Shown here piece after piece: positions 47,632 through 56,837 of a stretch of 64,000 nt of DNA. This DNA comes from an uncultured Verrucomicrobiota bacterium (GTDB taxonomy: Bacteria > Verrucomicrobiota > Verrucomicrobiia > Limisphaerales > UBA9464). Both the position numbers and the translations under genes were made by a program. Each line of letters starts with the position of its first letter. The stretch's first letter is position 1. A model generated the notes under the pieces. The model did not search any database and was not told the origin of the DNA. It saw only the letters and a list, made by a program, of their open reading frames with translations. The stretch covers positions 1,354-65,353 of the forward strand of contig CAIRNV010000282.1 of NCBI GenBank assembly GCA_903880005.1, read 5' to 3'.

Positions 47632-48108
47632 GGACGAAACGCTACCCGGACGCGCAAAACACCGCGACACCCGATTGCTCCCCGACGCTGGGCAGGATTG
47701 CGGTAATCCCGCGGTGGCTGCATCGCGTGGGAGCGCATGTTGCCATGTGGGACGCCGCCCCATGCCACCGCCCTGCGGGACCCGTCAGCTTCCCGCTGCC
47801 CGCCCAGATCGCGCCAACAACTCCGGGATGCATGGAGGCGCCACATTCCGGCCGCGGTCAGAGTGGCAGCGGCATCCTGCCGCGGATCCATGCGGGGCAA
47901 GCGGATGGAAGCCGATTCCACTTTCACTCGGCCTGTGGATCACGGCTTCCGCCGGAAAACGCTCGGATGACTCGGGTGACACGGATGGGCTCAAGCCGGG
48001 AGGTTTCATCCATAGCGCATGCGCCCAGGCCCACGATCCGCCGCTTGCAGCCCGTTCCAATCCCACATGGAAATGAGGACAACGTCCTTGCGGCCAAGCC
48101 ACTCCACG

Positions 48109-49626
48109 TCAACCCGGGGGCTTCGACGCGGGACCGGCGGCACCGGCCGGAGGAGGAGGAGGCGCGGGCACGGTTCCCTGCGCCGGCGGGGCGTTGGTGG
48201 TCGGCGCGCCAAAGGACGCAGGAAGCTTGAGCTCGGTGCGAAGCCGGTCGCGAAACTCCGTGGACGTGCCCGACTGGGGATCCAACAGGCGGAGAAGGCT
48301 GTTGCGCTTGAGTTCGTCGAACGGTCCCAGGGGCAATCGCTTGACCGCGCTCTTGTGGGTGGTGCGGGCCTCGAAGTTGGAATGCACCCGCTGGGCCATC
48401 AGCATGAGGCCTTGGAACTGGTCGGCGTCGCCCTCCACGAGGTGGACGTAGGAGGCCTCGATGAGGCCCTCGACGATGGCCATGGAGCGGTCGCGGGAGG
48501 TTTCGCCGACGTCCTCCGTGATGCGGGACAGCGCGTAGTCCTCGAGGGTCCACTCGGCGGGGATGGCCGAGTTGGTGCCATAGGTGGAGCGGCAGTACTC
48601 GAACCACCTCCGGGCATCGCGTTGGCGATTGTAGGCGTAGAGGAAATACACGGCGTCCTTGAGGAAGTTGCGATGCGCGCGTTGGAAGCTGTCCTTCATG
48701 CCCTCCTCCTCCTCCGCGTCGATCTGGAGAAGGTAGGCGCGGGAGGCGTTGTCGATCATGTCCAGGTTGGGCGCGAACTGGATGCGTTGGGCGAGGGAAT
48801 TGGTGACGAGGCGACCGCGTTGGAAGGCCATCATCATGGGCTGGAAGATGTTCCGGCGGAGCATGCGGACGTCGCCCGCGCCGCGCCCGATCTTGAGGCC
48901 GCGCGTGGCCCAGTAGATGGCGTGGGTCTCGGGCAGTCGCCATTCGAGGGGGCCGTAGGTGTCATCGACCTCCTTCATGAGGGCGGGCTCCAGCTTGTAA
49001 CGCTCGACGAGCGTCTGGACGCGCTTCTTGTCGTCGTCTGAAACGGGCTTCAGCAAGACGTCGTAGTTGGGGCGCCCGCCCGGGAGCAGGGCCTGCATCT
49101 CCTCGGCCCAGTGGGCTTTGTAGGCGAGGTGGGCGTCGTCGAGGTTGGCCCCCATCTTGTGGTGGAAATGCCGGGCCAGCTCGGAATGAATGTCGATGGC
49201 GCGGGGGTTGTACTTGAGCCCTTCGTCGCGCAGCAGCTCGATGCCGCGCTGGACCCAAAGCCATCGGTCCTCGGGGTCCGGGAACTTGACCGAGATATTG
49301 TAGGAAAGGTTCCACGCGAGGTGGACCCACACGGCGGAGAAATGCGGCTGGAGCTTCGTGATCCAGTCGGCGAGCTGGACGGCCTCGAAGTGCTTGCCGT
49401 CGTCCTGGAGCTCCGTGGAACGAATCCAGAGGGCGTTGGCAATCAACCCGCGGAAACCGCCCAGGGCGACCGTGGTGAAGGCGAGCACGGGCGGGGCGTT
49501 GGACAACACCGCCGAGCGGGTGAGGCCCAGCTCGTCGCGGTCGCGATTCAGGCGGGCCTGGAAGAAGTGCCCGGCCACGACGGCGGCCACCGCGATGAAG
49601 ACCAAGAGTGCCTTGCGCGCGTTCAT
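48109..49626 (-). CDS. Conserved membrane-anchored protein of unknown function, last gene of the ABC/SPFH operon
   Basis: 505 aa. N-terminal TM MNARKALLVFIAVAAVVAG and a Pro-rich C-terminus. The start overlaps the upstream stop (ATGA at 49623-49626). No family recognised. Confidence 0.65.
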   Translation of the reverse strand: MNARKALLVFIAVAAVVAGHFFQARLNRDRDELGLTRSAVLSNAPPVLAFTTVALGGFRGLIANALWIRSTELQDDGKHFEAVQLADWITKLQPHFSAVWVHLAWNLSYNISVKFPDPEDRWLWVQRGIELLRDEGLKYNPRAIDIHSELARHFHHKMGANLDDAHLAYKAHWAEEMQALLPGGRPNYDVLLKPVSDDDKKRVQTLVERYKLEPALMKEVDDTYGPLEWRLPETHAIYWATRGLKIGRGAGDVRMLRRNIFQPMMMAFQRGRLVTNSLAQRIQFAPNLDMIDNASRAYLLQIDAEEEEGMKDSFQRAHRNFLKDAVYFLYAYNRQRDARRWFEYCRSTYGTNSAIPAEWTLEDYALSRITEDVGETSRDRSMAIVEGLIEASYVHLVEGDADQFQGLMLMAQRVHSNFEARTTHKSAVKRLPLGPFDELKRNSLLRLLDPQSGTSTEFRDRLRTELKLPASFGAPTTNAPPAQGTVPAPPPPPAGAAGPASKPPG

Positions 49627-51422
49627 GTGGGCATGGCGATCTCGCGCCGGGTGAAGATGAGCATCCCGGCCACCCCGAGCCCGCCGCCGGTGACGCCGAC
49701 GACCAAGGCGACGGCCCGGGCAAGCTCGGCCCAGGTGATGGATCGGCCGGTGGCCAACGCGTCCACGGGCGAGAAGGACGAGACCTGGTTGAGGATCCAA
49801 TAGGCGGTGCCGTACACGCGCACGGCGGCCTGGTTGACGAGGGAATTGGCGGACACGACGCCCGTCTCGTGGTTGATGCCCACCACCCCGCCCTGCTCCA
49901 CCACCTGCTTGAGCGTCCCGGACGACAACCCGATGACGAGCAAGCCCAGGGACAGGAAGGACGCGACCGGGAAGGACAAGAACGAGGCGGAGAAGAGTCC
50001 GATGGCCGTGAGGAGCCCGAGCCAAGCCAGGATCACGCACAGGCCCCGCGCGAAGTTCACGGCAAACGGGGCCTCGGGGCACAGCACCTGGATGCCTTCA
50101 TCCAGCGGGAACACCACCGTGAGCTTGCCCAGGTTGGCGTAACGCAGCGACAGGCTGCCGTCGGGCTCGATCAGATCGCCGGGGATCTCGAACTCGGAGG
50201 GGACGTCGGGGCCGAAGTTGTTGCTGAAACGCACGGGCCGCGCCTGGCGGACGTTGCCGATCTCCCAGCCGTGGTCGAAGGACGCGTCGAGTCCCACGTA
50301 TTCGGGGGTGAAGAACTTCACCCGGATGTAAAGCATGCGGCCCTTGAACTTCTCGCGGGCACCCGGCCCGAGGTTGAAGTCGAAGGGCACCGGACGGTAC
50401 TGCCCGGGCGCGACGGCCTGGAGCCGCCCCTCCAGTTGCGCGCGGACCTGCTTTCGGACGAACTCGGGGTTCATCTGCGCCACGGTGGGGTCGCGACGCC
50501 GCTTCTCGAACTCGCGCTCGGTCTCGGCTTCGAGATCAACGCGGGCGGCACGCATCGGCTCGCGGGCGACCAGGATTTCATTGCGGAGCTTGGCGAGCTG
50601 CGCCTCCGGGAGCTGCGCGGCGCGAACATGGAGCAGCCCGTACACGATGGTGCCTGCGATGGCGACCATGCCGACGTTGAGCGTCATGATGCCCAGCCAC
50701 TTGCCCAGCCAGACCTGCCAACGCGGGATGGGCTTCACCACGACGAGGAACAGGGACATGTCCTCGATGTCCCGCGCCAGGGTGCCGCACGCGAGCCACA
50801 GGCTGGAGAAGCCCAGCAGCGTCGTGATGGCCGTCAACGTGTACGCCAGGAGGATCTGGGAGAAGCCGGTGGCGGTGCCGTCGTGCTTGATGATCAACGG
50901 CAGCGCAAACACGGCGGCCACGAGGATGGCCAGCAACACCACCACGAGCTTGTACCGGAACGCCGCCTTGACCGTCAGCAACGCGACGGACAGCAACGGG
51001 CGCCAGGGCTTGGGCGCCACGTCGGGCACGCCGCCGACTTGCCGAGCCTTCCACTCCGGCAGCGGATCGCCGCCCACCTGCGCGAGCATGGCGATCGCGG
51101 TCGCCGCATCCCGGGCCGGGATCGTGCAGGCGTAGGCCAAGCCTCGCCTTTCGGCCGCCAGCTCGCGCAATGCCCGCGCGGAAAGGCCCACGAACAACCC
51201 CATGACCCCCTGCAACGCCACGTAGAATCCCCACGGGACGCGGTTGGCATACAGCACGCCCAGCAGAAGCCCATGGACCACGCCCAGGACCAAGCCCTCC
51301 ACCCACAGGCGCTGCATCAGGATCCACGCCCACGACAACAGGAACCCCGTCGGCGAAAACCCGAGGGGCACCGCCGCGCGGTTTCCCATGTCGTCCGTGT
51401 AGATCTCGAAGGAGCGCTTCAT
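49623..51422 (-). CDS. Large ABC-2-type transporter permease-like protein with extra N-terminal membrane module
   Basis: 599 aa with multiple TM spans. Positioned immediately after the ABC ATPase (18-nt gap). Family assignment rests on context and topology only. Confidence 0.65.
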   Translation of the reverse strand: MKRSFEIYTDDMGNRAAVPLGFSPTGFLLSWAWILMQRLWVEGLVLGVVHGLLLGVLYANRVPWGFYVALQGVMGLFVGLSARALRELAAERRGLAYACTIPARDAATAIAMLAQVGGDPLPEWKARQVGGVPDVAPKPWRPLLSVALLTVKAAFRYKLVVVLLAILVAAVFALPLIIKHDGTATGFSQILLAYTLTAITTLLGFSSLWLACGTLARDIEDMSLFLVVVKPIPRWQVWLGKWLGIMTLNVGMVAIAGTIVYGLLHVRAAQLPEAQLAKLRNEILVAREPMRAARVDLEAETEREFEKRRRDPTVAQMNPEFVRKQVRAQLEGRLQAVAPGQYRPVPFDFNLGPGAREKFKGRMLYIRVKFFTPEYVGLDASFDHGWEIGNVRQARPVRFSNNFGPDVPSEFEIPGDLIEPDGSLSLRYANLGKLTVVFPLDEGIQVLCPEAPFAVNFARGLCVILAWLGLLTAIGLFSASFLSFPVASFLSLGLLVIGLSSGTLKQVVEQGGVVGINHETGVVSANSLVNQAAVRVYGTAYWILNQVSSFSPVDALATGRSITWAELARAVALVVGVTGGGLGVAGMLIFTRREIAMPT

Positions 51423-51440
51423 GCGGCGGTGATGGCCGGG

Positions 51441-52685
51441 CTACTTCCTGTTCCCGCCCAGAAGGCCGGAAAGCTTGTCGTTGGCCTTCGCGATGTCGGC
51501 CGGGCTGGCCTCCGGACCCGGGCTCGCCGCGATGGCCGGGCCCGCGTCGGGCGTGGTCCCAGAGGCGGGCGCGGCAGGTTGGGAGAGGGATTCCAACCGT
51601 GCGACGTTGATGGCGGGCGCGACCGGCTCGGGGATGGAGGACAAAGTGGGTTCGGCGGCGGCCGATGGCTTCGAGAGCCGGTCCAGGACGGCCTCGGCCT
51701 GGGAGACGGGATTCTCGGCGGAACCACCGCGAATGAACTGGGCCACCTTGTTGCCGGACGTGGCGCCGCTGGTATCGCCCTGGGCGCGCGCCTTCTCGAC
51801 GACCTCGAGGAAGAAGCCCTCGAGGTTCTGCGTCGGGTTGTCGAGCCGCACCTTGTCGCCGCCCTCCGCCCGCAGGATGGCCAGGGCCTTCTCGGTCGTC
51901 TCGCGGGAGAGAATCGGCGCGGTGATGCGCACTTGGTCCGGCCGGGCGAGGAGGTCGTGGAGGGGGCCCTGGGCATGGATGCGACCGCCATAGTAGATGA
52001 CGACCCGGTCGCAAAGGTCCTCGACGTCGGCGAGGAGATGGGACGACAGGATGACGGTCTTCCCGCGGCGGGCGAGGGCCATGATGAGGTCCTTGACCTC
52101 GCGACAACCGAGGGGGTCGAGGCCGGCGGTGGGTTCGTCGAGGATGACCAAGTCCGGGTCATTGACGAGGGCCTGGGCGATGCCGATGCGGCGTTGCATG
52201 CCCTTGGAGAACTCGCCCACGGTCCGGGACCGGGCCTGGTTGAGTCCCACCATCTCGATCAACTGCTCCGTGCGGTTGCGGCGGTCGGAGGAGTCGAGCT
52301 GGAAGAGGGAGCCGAAGAAGTCGAGCGTCTCGCCGGGGTTGAGGTAGCGGTAGAGGTAGGATTCCTCCGGCAGATAGCCGATGCGTGCCTTGGTGCGAAC
52401 GTCGCGGGGGGATTGGTTGAAGACGGTGATGTGGCCCTTCGTGGGGTACAGCAACCCTAGGAGCATCTTGATGGTGGTGGACTTGCCGGAGCCATTCGGG
52501 CCCAGGAGGCCGAAGATCTCGCCGCGACGGATCTCGAAGTCCACGTTGTCCACCGCGCGGGCCTTGGGCCGTCCCCAGAAGTCCTTGAACACCTTGGTCA
52601 GGCCGACGGCCCGGACGACGACCTCGTCGGAGGGGGCGGGCCGTGCGGAGGGCGCGGCCGGAAGCGGGGCGGTGGGATGGGCCAT
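51441..52685 (-). CDS. ABC transporter ATP-binding protein with ~170-aa low-complexity C-terminal extension
   Basis: Walker A GPNGSGKST, signature-like FSKGMQRR, Walker B LVILDEPTAGLD. Confidence 0.9.
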   Translation of the reverse strand: MAHPTAPLPAAPSARPAPSDEVVVRAVGLTKVFKDFWGRPKARAVDNVDFEIRRGEIFGLLGPNGSGKSTTIKMLLGLLYPTKGHITVFNQSPRDVRTKARIGYLPEESYLYRYLNPGETLDFFGSLFQLDSSDRRNRTEQLIEMVGLNQARSRTVGEFSKGMQRRIGIAQALVNDPDLVILDEPTAGLDPLGCREVKDLIMALARRGKTVILSSHLLADVEDLCDRVVIYYGGRIHAQGPLHDLLARPDQVRITAPILSRETTEKALAILRAEGGDKVRLDNPTQNLEGFFLEVVEKARAQGDTSGATSGNKVAQFIRGGSAENPVSQAEAVLDRLSKPSAAAEPTLSSIPEPVAPAINVARLESLSQPAAPASGTTPDAGPAIAASPGPEASPADIAKANDKLSGLLGGNRK

Positions 52686-52718
52686 GGCGTGGGCGTTGGG
52701 TGGCGGGTGTCTCGGGCG

Positions 52719-54740
52719 TCAGGCCGATGCGAAGGCGGGCCGGGCCGGGGCCCCTCCGGCCGGCGCATCCGGGGCGGAGGCCGACGCGCCTTGGAAGGCT
52801 TCGAGTTCCTCGCCCATGCGTACGAGCCGGGCGGAGTTGAACACAACGATCAGGGATCCGGCGTTGTGCATGATGGCGGCGACAATGGGGTTGAGGTAGC
52901 CCAGCGCTGCGGCGGCGAGGCCCCCGATGATGAAGAACACGCCGAAGAGGAAGTTCTGGTTGATGACCGAGCGCGACATGCGGCTGAGGCGGACGAGGAA
53001 CGGGAGCCGCCGCAGGTCGTTGTTCATGAGCGCGATGGTGGCGGAGTTGACGGCCACCTCGGAGCCGGCCGCTCCCATGGCGATGGAGATGTCCCCGGCC
53101 GCCAGCGCGGGGGCGTCGTTCACGCCGTCGCCGATGACGGCCACGCGATGGCCCTTGGCCTTGGTCTGGCGGACGAACTCGACCTTGTCCTGCGGCAGGC
53201 ACTCGGCCACGACCTCCTCGATCCCGATCTCCTTGGCAACCCGGTCCGCGACGGGCTTGCGGTCGCCGGAAACCATGGCAACCCGGCGGATGCCGGCGTC
53301 GTGGAGGTCCTTCAGGGCGTCGGCGGCCTCGGGACGCGTCTGGTCCTGCAAGCCCACCCAGCCGATGCACTCGCCATCCGCCGCGACAAACAGCAGCGAG
53401 AACCCCGCCGTCTCGTCGAGGTCCACCGTCGAGGTGAAGCCGTCGCGAACGCCCTGGTCGCGCAGGAACGCGGCGCGACCGATGACCACGCGGCGCCCGT
53501 CCACCGTGGCCGAGACGCCCCGGCCGGCCGTCTCCTTGAAGTCCGTCACGGCGGCCAGCGGGACGCCCGCCTCGTCGGCCAGCTGAACCATGGCCCGCGC
53601 CGTCGGGTGATTGGAGTAGCGCTCGGCGGAGGCGGCTGCGCGCAGCAGGTCGGCGGCGGTCGTGGTGCCCACGGGATGGAGCCGCGACACCACCAGCTTC
53701 CCGGTGGTGAGCGTGCCGGTCTTGTCGAAGACGAAGGCGGAGATGCGGGCGGCCGCCTCGAGGTCGGCGATGTTCTTGACAAGGATGCCGAGCCGCGCGG
53801 CGGCCGACAGGGCGGCAACCATGGCGGTGGGCGTGGCCAGCACGAAGGCGCAGGGGCAGGCGACGACCACGACGGCGATGACGCGGTTGAGGTCGCGGGT
53901 GAAGGCCCAGACGAGGCCGGCGATGACGAGGACCAGGGGCGTGTAGTAGCCCATGTACTGGTCGATGATCCTCATGAACGGGAGCTTGGTCTTCTCCGCA
54001 GCCAGGATCAGCTCGCGGACGCGGCCGATGGTCGTGTCTTGGCCGGCCTTGGTGACGCGCACCTCCAACGCCCCGGTGAGGTTGATCGTCCCGGCGAACA
54101 CCTGGTCCCCGGGCCCCTTGTCCACGGGGAGGGATTCGCCCGTGATGTTCGCCTGGTTGATGGACCCCTGCCCCGACGCGATCTGGCCGTCGGCGGCGAT
54201 GTTGTCACCGGGCCGGACGAGGATGACGTCGCCGACGCGCAGCTCGGAGGCGGGCACCTCCTCCTCCTTGCTGCCGGACAAGCGCCGGGCCTTGGTGGGG
54301 GTGAGCTTGACGAGGGACTGGATGGAGGCGCGGGCACCGGCCGCCGTGCGGGTCTCGATCAACTCGCCCAGGAGCATGAAGAAGGCGACGATGCCGGCGG
54401 TCTTGAAGTCGCCGGTGACGGCCGACGCGAGGACGCCGAGGGCAACGAGCTCGTTGATCGAAAGGCGGCCGAGGCGCAGGTCCCTGAACGCGACCACCAG
54501 GATGGGCCACCCGAGGATGCACGCGCCGACCAGCGCGGAGAGCTCGCCGACGGTCGCGCCCTTGGCGAAGAACCAGTCCACGACGAACGAGTTGGCGACG
54601 AAGACGGCGCCCAGCAGCGTCTGCCAAAGGCGGACGTTCGTGTGGGAATGGTCGAGGCCGCCGTGGTCGTGGCCGCAATCGCACCCGGGCTCGTGCTTGG
54701 CGGGGTCGTTGTCGAGGCTGATGAGCGATGTGACTTGCAT
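52719..54740 (-). CDS. Heavy-metal-translocating P1B-type ATPase (CPC motif; His/Cys-rich N-terminus, no HMA domain)
   Basis: FDKTGTLT, VVACPCAFVLATP, GDGVNDAPAL and MHNAGSLIVVFNSARL. The N-terminus is HEPGCDCGHDHGGLDHSH. Metal specificity is not resolvable from the sequence alone. Confidence 0.9.
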   Translation of the reverse strand: MQVTSLISLDNDPAKHEPGCDCGHDHGGLDHSHTNVRLWQTLLGAVFVANSFVVDWFFAKGATVGELSALVGACILGWPILVVAFRDLRLGRLSINELVALGVLASAVTGDFKTAGIVAFFMLLGELIETRTAAGARASIQSLVKLTPTKARRLSGSKEEEVPASELRVGDVILVRPGDNIAADGQIASGQGSINQANITGESLPVDKGPGDQVFAGTINLTGALEVRVTKAGQDTTIGRVRELILAAEKTKLPFMRIIDQYMGYYTPLVLVIAGLVWAFTRDLNRVIAVVVVACPCAFVLATPTAMVAALSAAARLGILVKNIADLEAAARISAFVFDKTGTLTTGKLVVSRLHPVGTTTAADLLRAAASAERYSNHPTARAMVQLADEAGVPLAAVTDFKETAGRGVSATVDGRRVVIGRAAFLRDQGVRDGFTSTVDLDETAGFSLLFVAADGECIGWVGLQDQTRPEAADALKDLHDAGIRRVAMVSGDRKPVADRVAKEIGIEEVVAECLPQDKVEFVRQTKAKGHRVAVIGDGVNDAPALAAGDISIAMGAAGSEVAVNSATIALMNNDLRRLPFLVRLSRMSRSVINQNFLFGVFFIIGGLAAAALGYLNPIVAAIMHNAGSLIVVFNSARLVRMGEELEAFQGASASAPDAPAGGAPARPAFASA

Positions 54741-54797
54741 GGCTGGGAAGGAGCGGGGGTTGGGGGGGCGGCGGTTGCTTGACGGGATGGGCGTGGC

Positions 54798-55871
54798 TCA
54801 GCGTCCGGGCGACGGGGTGCGGACCTCGGGCTCGCGGCTCAGGTTGAGGCGGAGTTCATCCACGCGGCCGGGCTGAAAGAACTTGTCGGTGGCATTGGTC
54901 AGGACGCGCCCGATGGCCGCGATGCGAAGGCGCTCGCGGAGCAGGCGCGGGTTGTTGCGGTACTCGGGCAACTGCTGGGAGAAGAACTGGGCGTCGGCGG
55001 AGACGGCCTGCATGAGGGCGTTGCTCAGGGCCAGGCCGGTGTCGAGGGTCCGCTTGGCCTCGCCGCTCGCCTCGCGGGTGATGCGGTCAAACTCGCCCTG
55101 GGCCTCGTTGATCTTCTTGGACCGTTCCTGCTCGGCGGCGATGACGCTGTCGAAGTAGGCCTTCACGAACAAGGGCGCGGCGACCTCGACGTCGAGCGTG
55201 TCGAGGGAGACGCCCAGGCCATGCCGCTCGATGAGGTCGGCGACCCGGAGCCGGATGGCGTCGCGGAACTGGACGCGCTTCTTGTAGAGGGCGTCGTCGG
55301 CCGTGTGGCGGACGGCGGCCCAATGGATGGCGTTGTCGAGGGCCGAGCGCAGGAGGTTGGTGGCGTTGGAGAACTCGAACGTGTGCGCCACGGGGTTCGA
55401 GATGCGGTACCGCAGGGAGGCGCGGACGTGGAGGATGTTGCCATCGGACGTCAGCACGTGGCCATCGACGCCCGGCGCGAGCGACGGGTTGGCGGGCGGG
55501 GTGACGCCGGCCGCCTCCTCCTCCGGTGAGATGGCGTACCATGCCCGGGTGGACCGGATGACCTGCGACTCGCCGATGGGGATGCGGACGATCTCGTCGA
55601 TGGGATAGGGAAGCGCCCAGTGCAGGCCCTGGCGCTGGATGGCCTCGGCGCCCTCACCCACGACGCGGCCGAAGCGGAGCACGACGGCGACCTCGTTGGG
55701 GTTGACGGTGAAGACGCAGGAGAAGACCGCGGCTGCGGCAAGGATGCCGGACAGGATGCGGACGATGACGAGGGAGCTGCCCAGGGCCTCGGACAAGGCC
55801 TGCGACGAGGCGTCGTCCGAGGGCACCGGGTTGCCCGTGGGCCGGAGGTTGCCGGAGGTGGGGGCGCTCAT
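54798..55871 (-). CDS. SPFH/Band-7 domain protein, HflK-like
   Basis: Single N-terminal TM, then FTVNPNEVAVVLRFGRV, with a coiled-coil region AAEQERSKKINEAQGE. Confidence 0.8.
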   Translation of the reverse strand: MSAPTSGNLRPTGNPVPSDDASSQALSEALGSSLVIVRILSGILAAAAVFSCVFTVNPNEVAVVLRFGRVVGEGAEAIQRQGLHWALPYPIDEIVRIPIGESQVIRSTRAWYAISPEEEAAGVTPPANPSLAPGVDGHVLTSDGNILHVRASLRYRISNPVAHTFEFSNATNLLRSALDNAIHWAAVRHTADDALYKKRVQFRDAIRLRVADLIERHGLGVSLDTLDVEVAAPLFVKAYFDSVIAAEQERSKKINEAQGEFDRITREASGEAKRTLDTGLALSNALMQAVSADAQFFSQQLPEYRNNPRLLRERLRIAAIGRVLTNATDKFFQPGRVDELRLNLSREPEVRTPSPGR

Positions 55872-55876
55872 GGCGG

Positions 55877-56800
55877 TTAGCGTCCGGCGGACGGACGGAC
55901 GACGGGGAGGTTGGTGAGCATGTCGCCCTTCAGCAGGTTGAAGGGCGGCGTGCGCTCGTCGAGGATGAGGGTCGAGCGGTCCTTCAACGACCCCTCCAAC
56001 GAGCGGAGCGAGAGGAGGAACACGGCCAGCTCAGGGTCCTGCTGCATCACCCGGTAATGCTGGGTCGCCTCGGCCTCGGCCTCGCCGTAGATCTTCTGGG
56101 CCTGGTTCTCCGCCTCGGCCACGAGCTTCTTGCGCTGCAAGTCGGCCTCCGAACGGATGCGGTCGGCCTCGGCGTTGCCCTCGCCCTGGTACTTCTTCAC
56201 GAGCTTCTCGCGCTCGGTCTTCATGCGCTCGAAGACCTTGCTGGTGAGCGACTCGGGCAGGCCCAGCTCCTTGATCCCCACCATCTGGATGGCGATGCCA
56301 TACGCGGACAACGCCGTCCCGGCCATGGCCGCCCGCATCTCGCCCTCGATCACGTCGAACTTCACCTGCTCGGGGTTCGGGGAGATGAGGTCCGTGAAGT
56401 CATGGCTGCCGATGACGGAGTTCTTGGCGTCTCGGACGACGTTCTCGAGCGCCTGCTCGGCCTTGAGCAGGTCCCCATTGAACGACTCCAGGAAGCGGCG
56501 CGGGTCGGCGATGCGCCACCCGACATAGATGGAGAGGATGGGCGACTTCTTGTCGCGGGTGAACTGCTGCTCGTACTTGCGCTCGAAGCTCTGCAGGCGC
56601 TTGTCGAACTTGTATACCTTCTGGATGGGCAACGGGGCCCGGAAATAGAGGCCGGCGTTCGTGTAGCTGTTCGCGTAGCGACCAAACGTGGTCACGACGG
56701 CGACCTCCGTGGTCCGCACCTGGAAGCAAAACAGCAGGGCGAGGAACACGACGAGCAACATGCCGCCAACCAGCAGCGTGAGGGGGTTCTTCTTCTTCAT
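55877..56800 (-). CDS. SPFH/Band-7 domain protein, HflC-like
   Basis: MKKKNPLTLLVGGMLLVVFLALLF, VRTTEVAVVTTFGR and a coiled-coil EREKLVKKYQGEGNAEADRI. Confidence 0.85.
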   Translation of the reverse strand: MKKKNPLTLLVGGMLLVVFLALLFCFQVRTTEVAVVTTFGRYANSYTNAGLYFRAPLPIQKVYKFDKRLQSFERKYEQQFTRDKKSPILSIYVGWRIADPRRFLESFNGDLLKAEQALENVVRDAKNSVIGSHDFTDLISPNPEQVKFDVIEGEMRAAMAGTALSAYGIAIQMVGIKELGLPESLTSKVFERMKTEREKLVKKYQGEGNAEADRIRSEADLQRKKLVAEAENQAQKIYGEAEAEATQHYRVMQQDPELAVFLLSLRSLEGSLKDRSTLILDERTPPFNLLKGDMLTNLPVVRPSAGR

Positions 56801-56837
56801 CGGGAAAACTTCGGGTTCAGGGTGCGAGGGTCGTGGG

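Noticed and set aside
48111-48135. GGGGGCTTCGACGCGGGA, reminiscent of a tmRNA 5' end (GGGGCUGA..UUCGACGGGA)
   Set aside because: It lies inside the Pro-rich C-terminal coding region of the 48109..49626 gene. No tag-peptide reading frame, tRNA-like 3' end (TPsiC arm/CCA) or pseudoknot region follows.
49608-52460. Very long plus-strand ORF (950 aa). Similar long ORFs occur at 52677..54782, 56688..58841, 45157..47706, 38116..40491, 24072..26045, 35240..37018, 19327..20778, 41894..43360 (-) and 4554..5309 (-).
   Set aside because: Each is antisense to a CDS with strong family motifs. Their translations are Arg/Gly/Pro/His/Asp-rich with no recognisable domains, which is the typical stop-poor antisense frame of a GC-rich genome.
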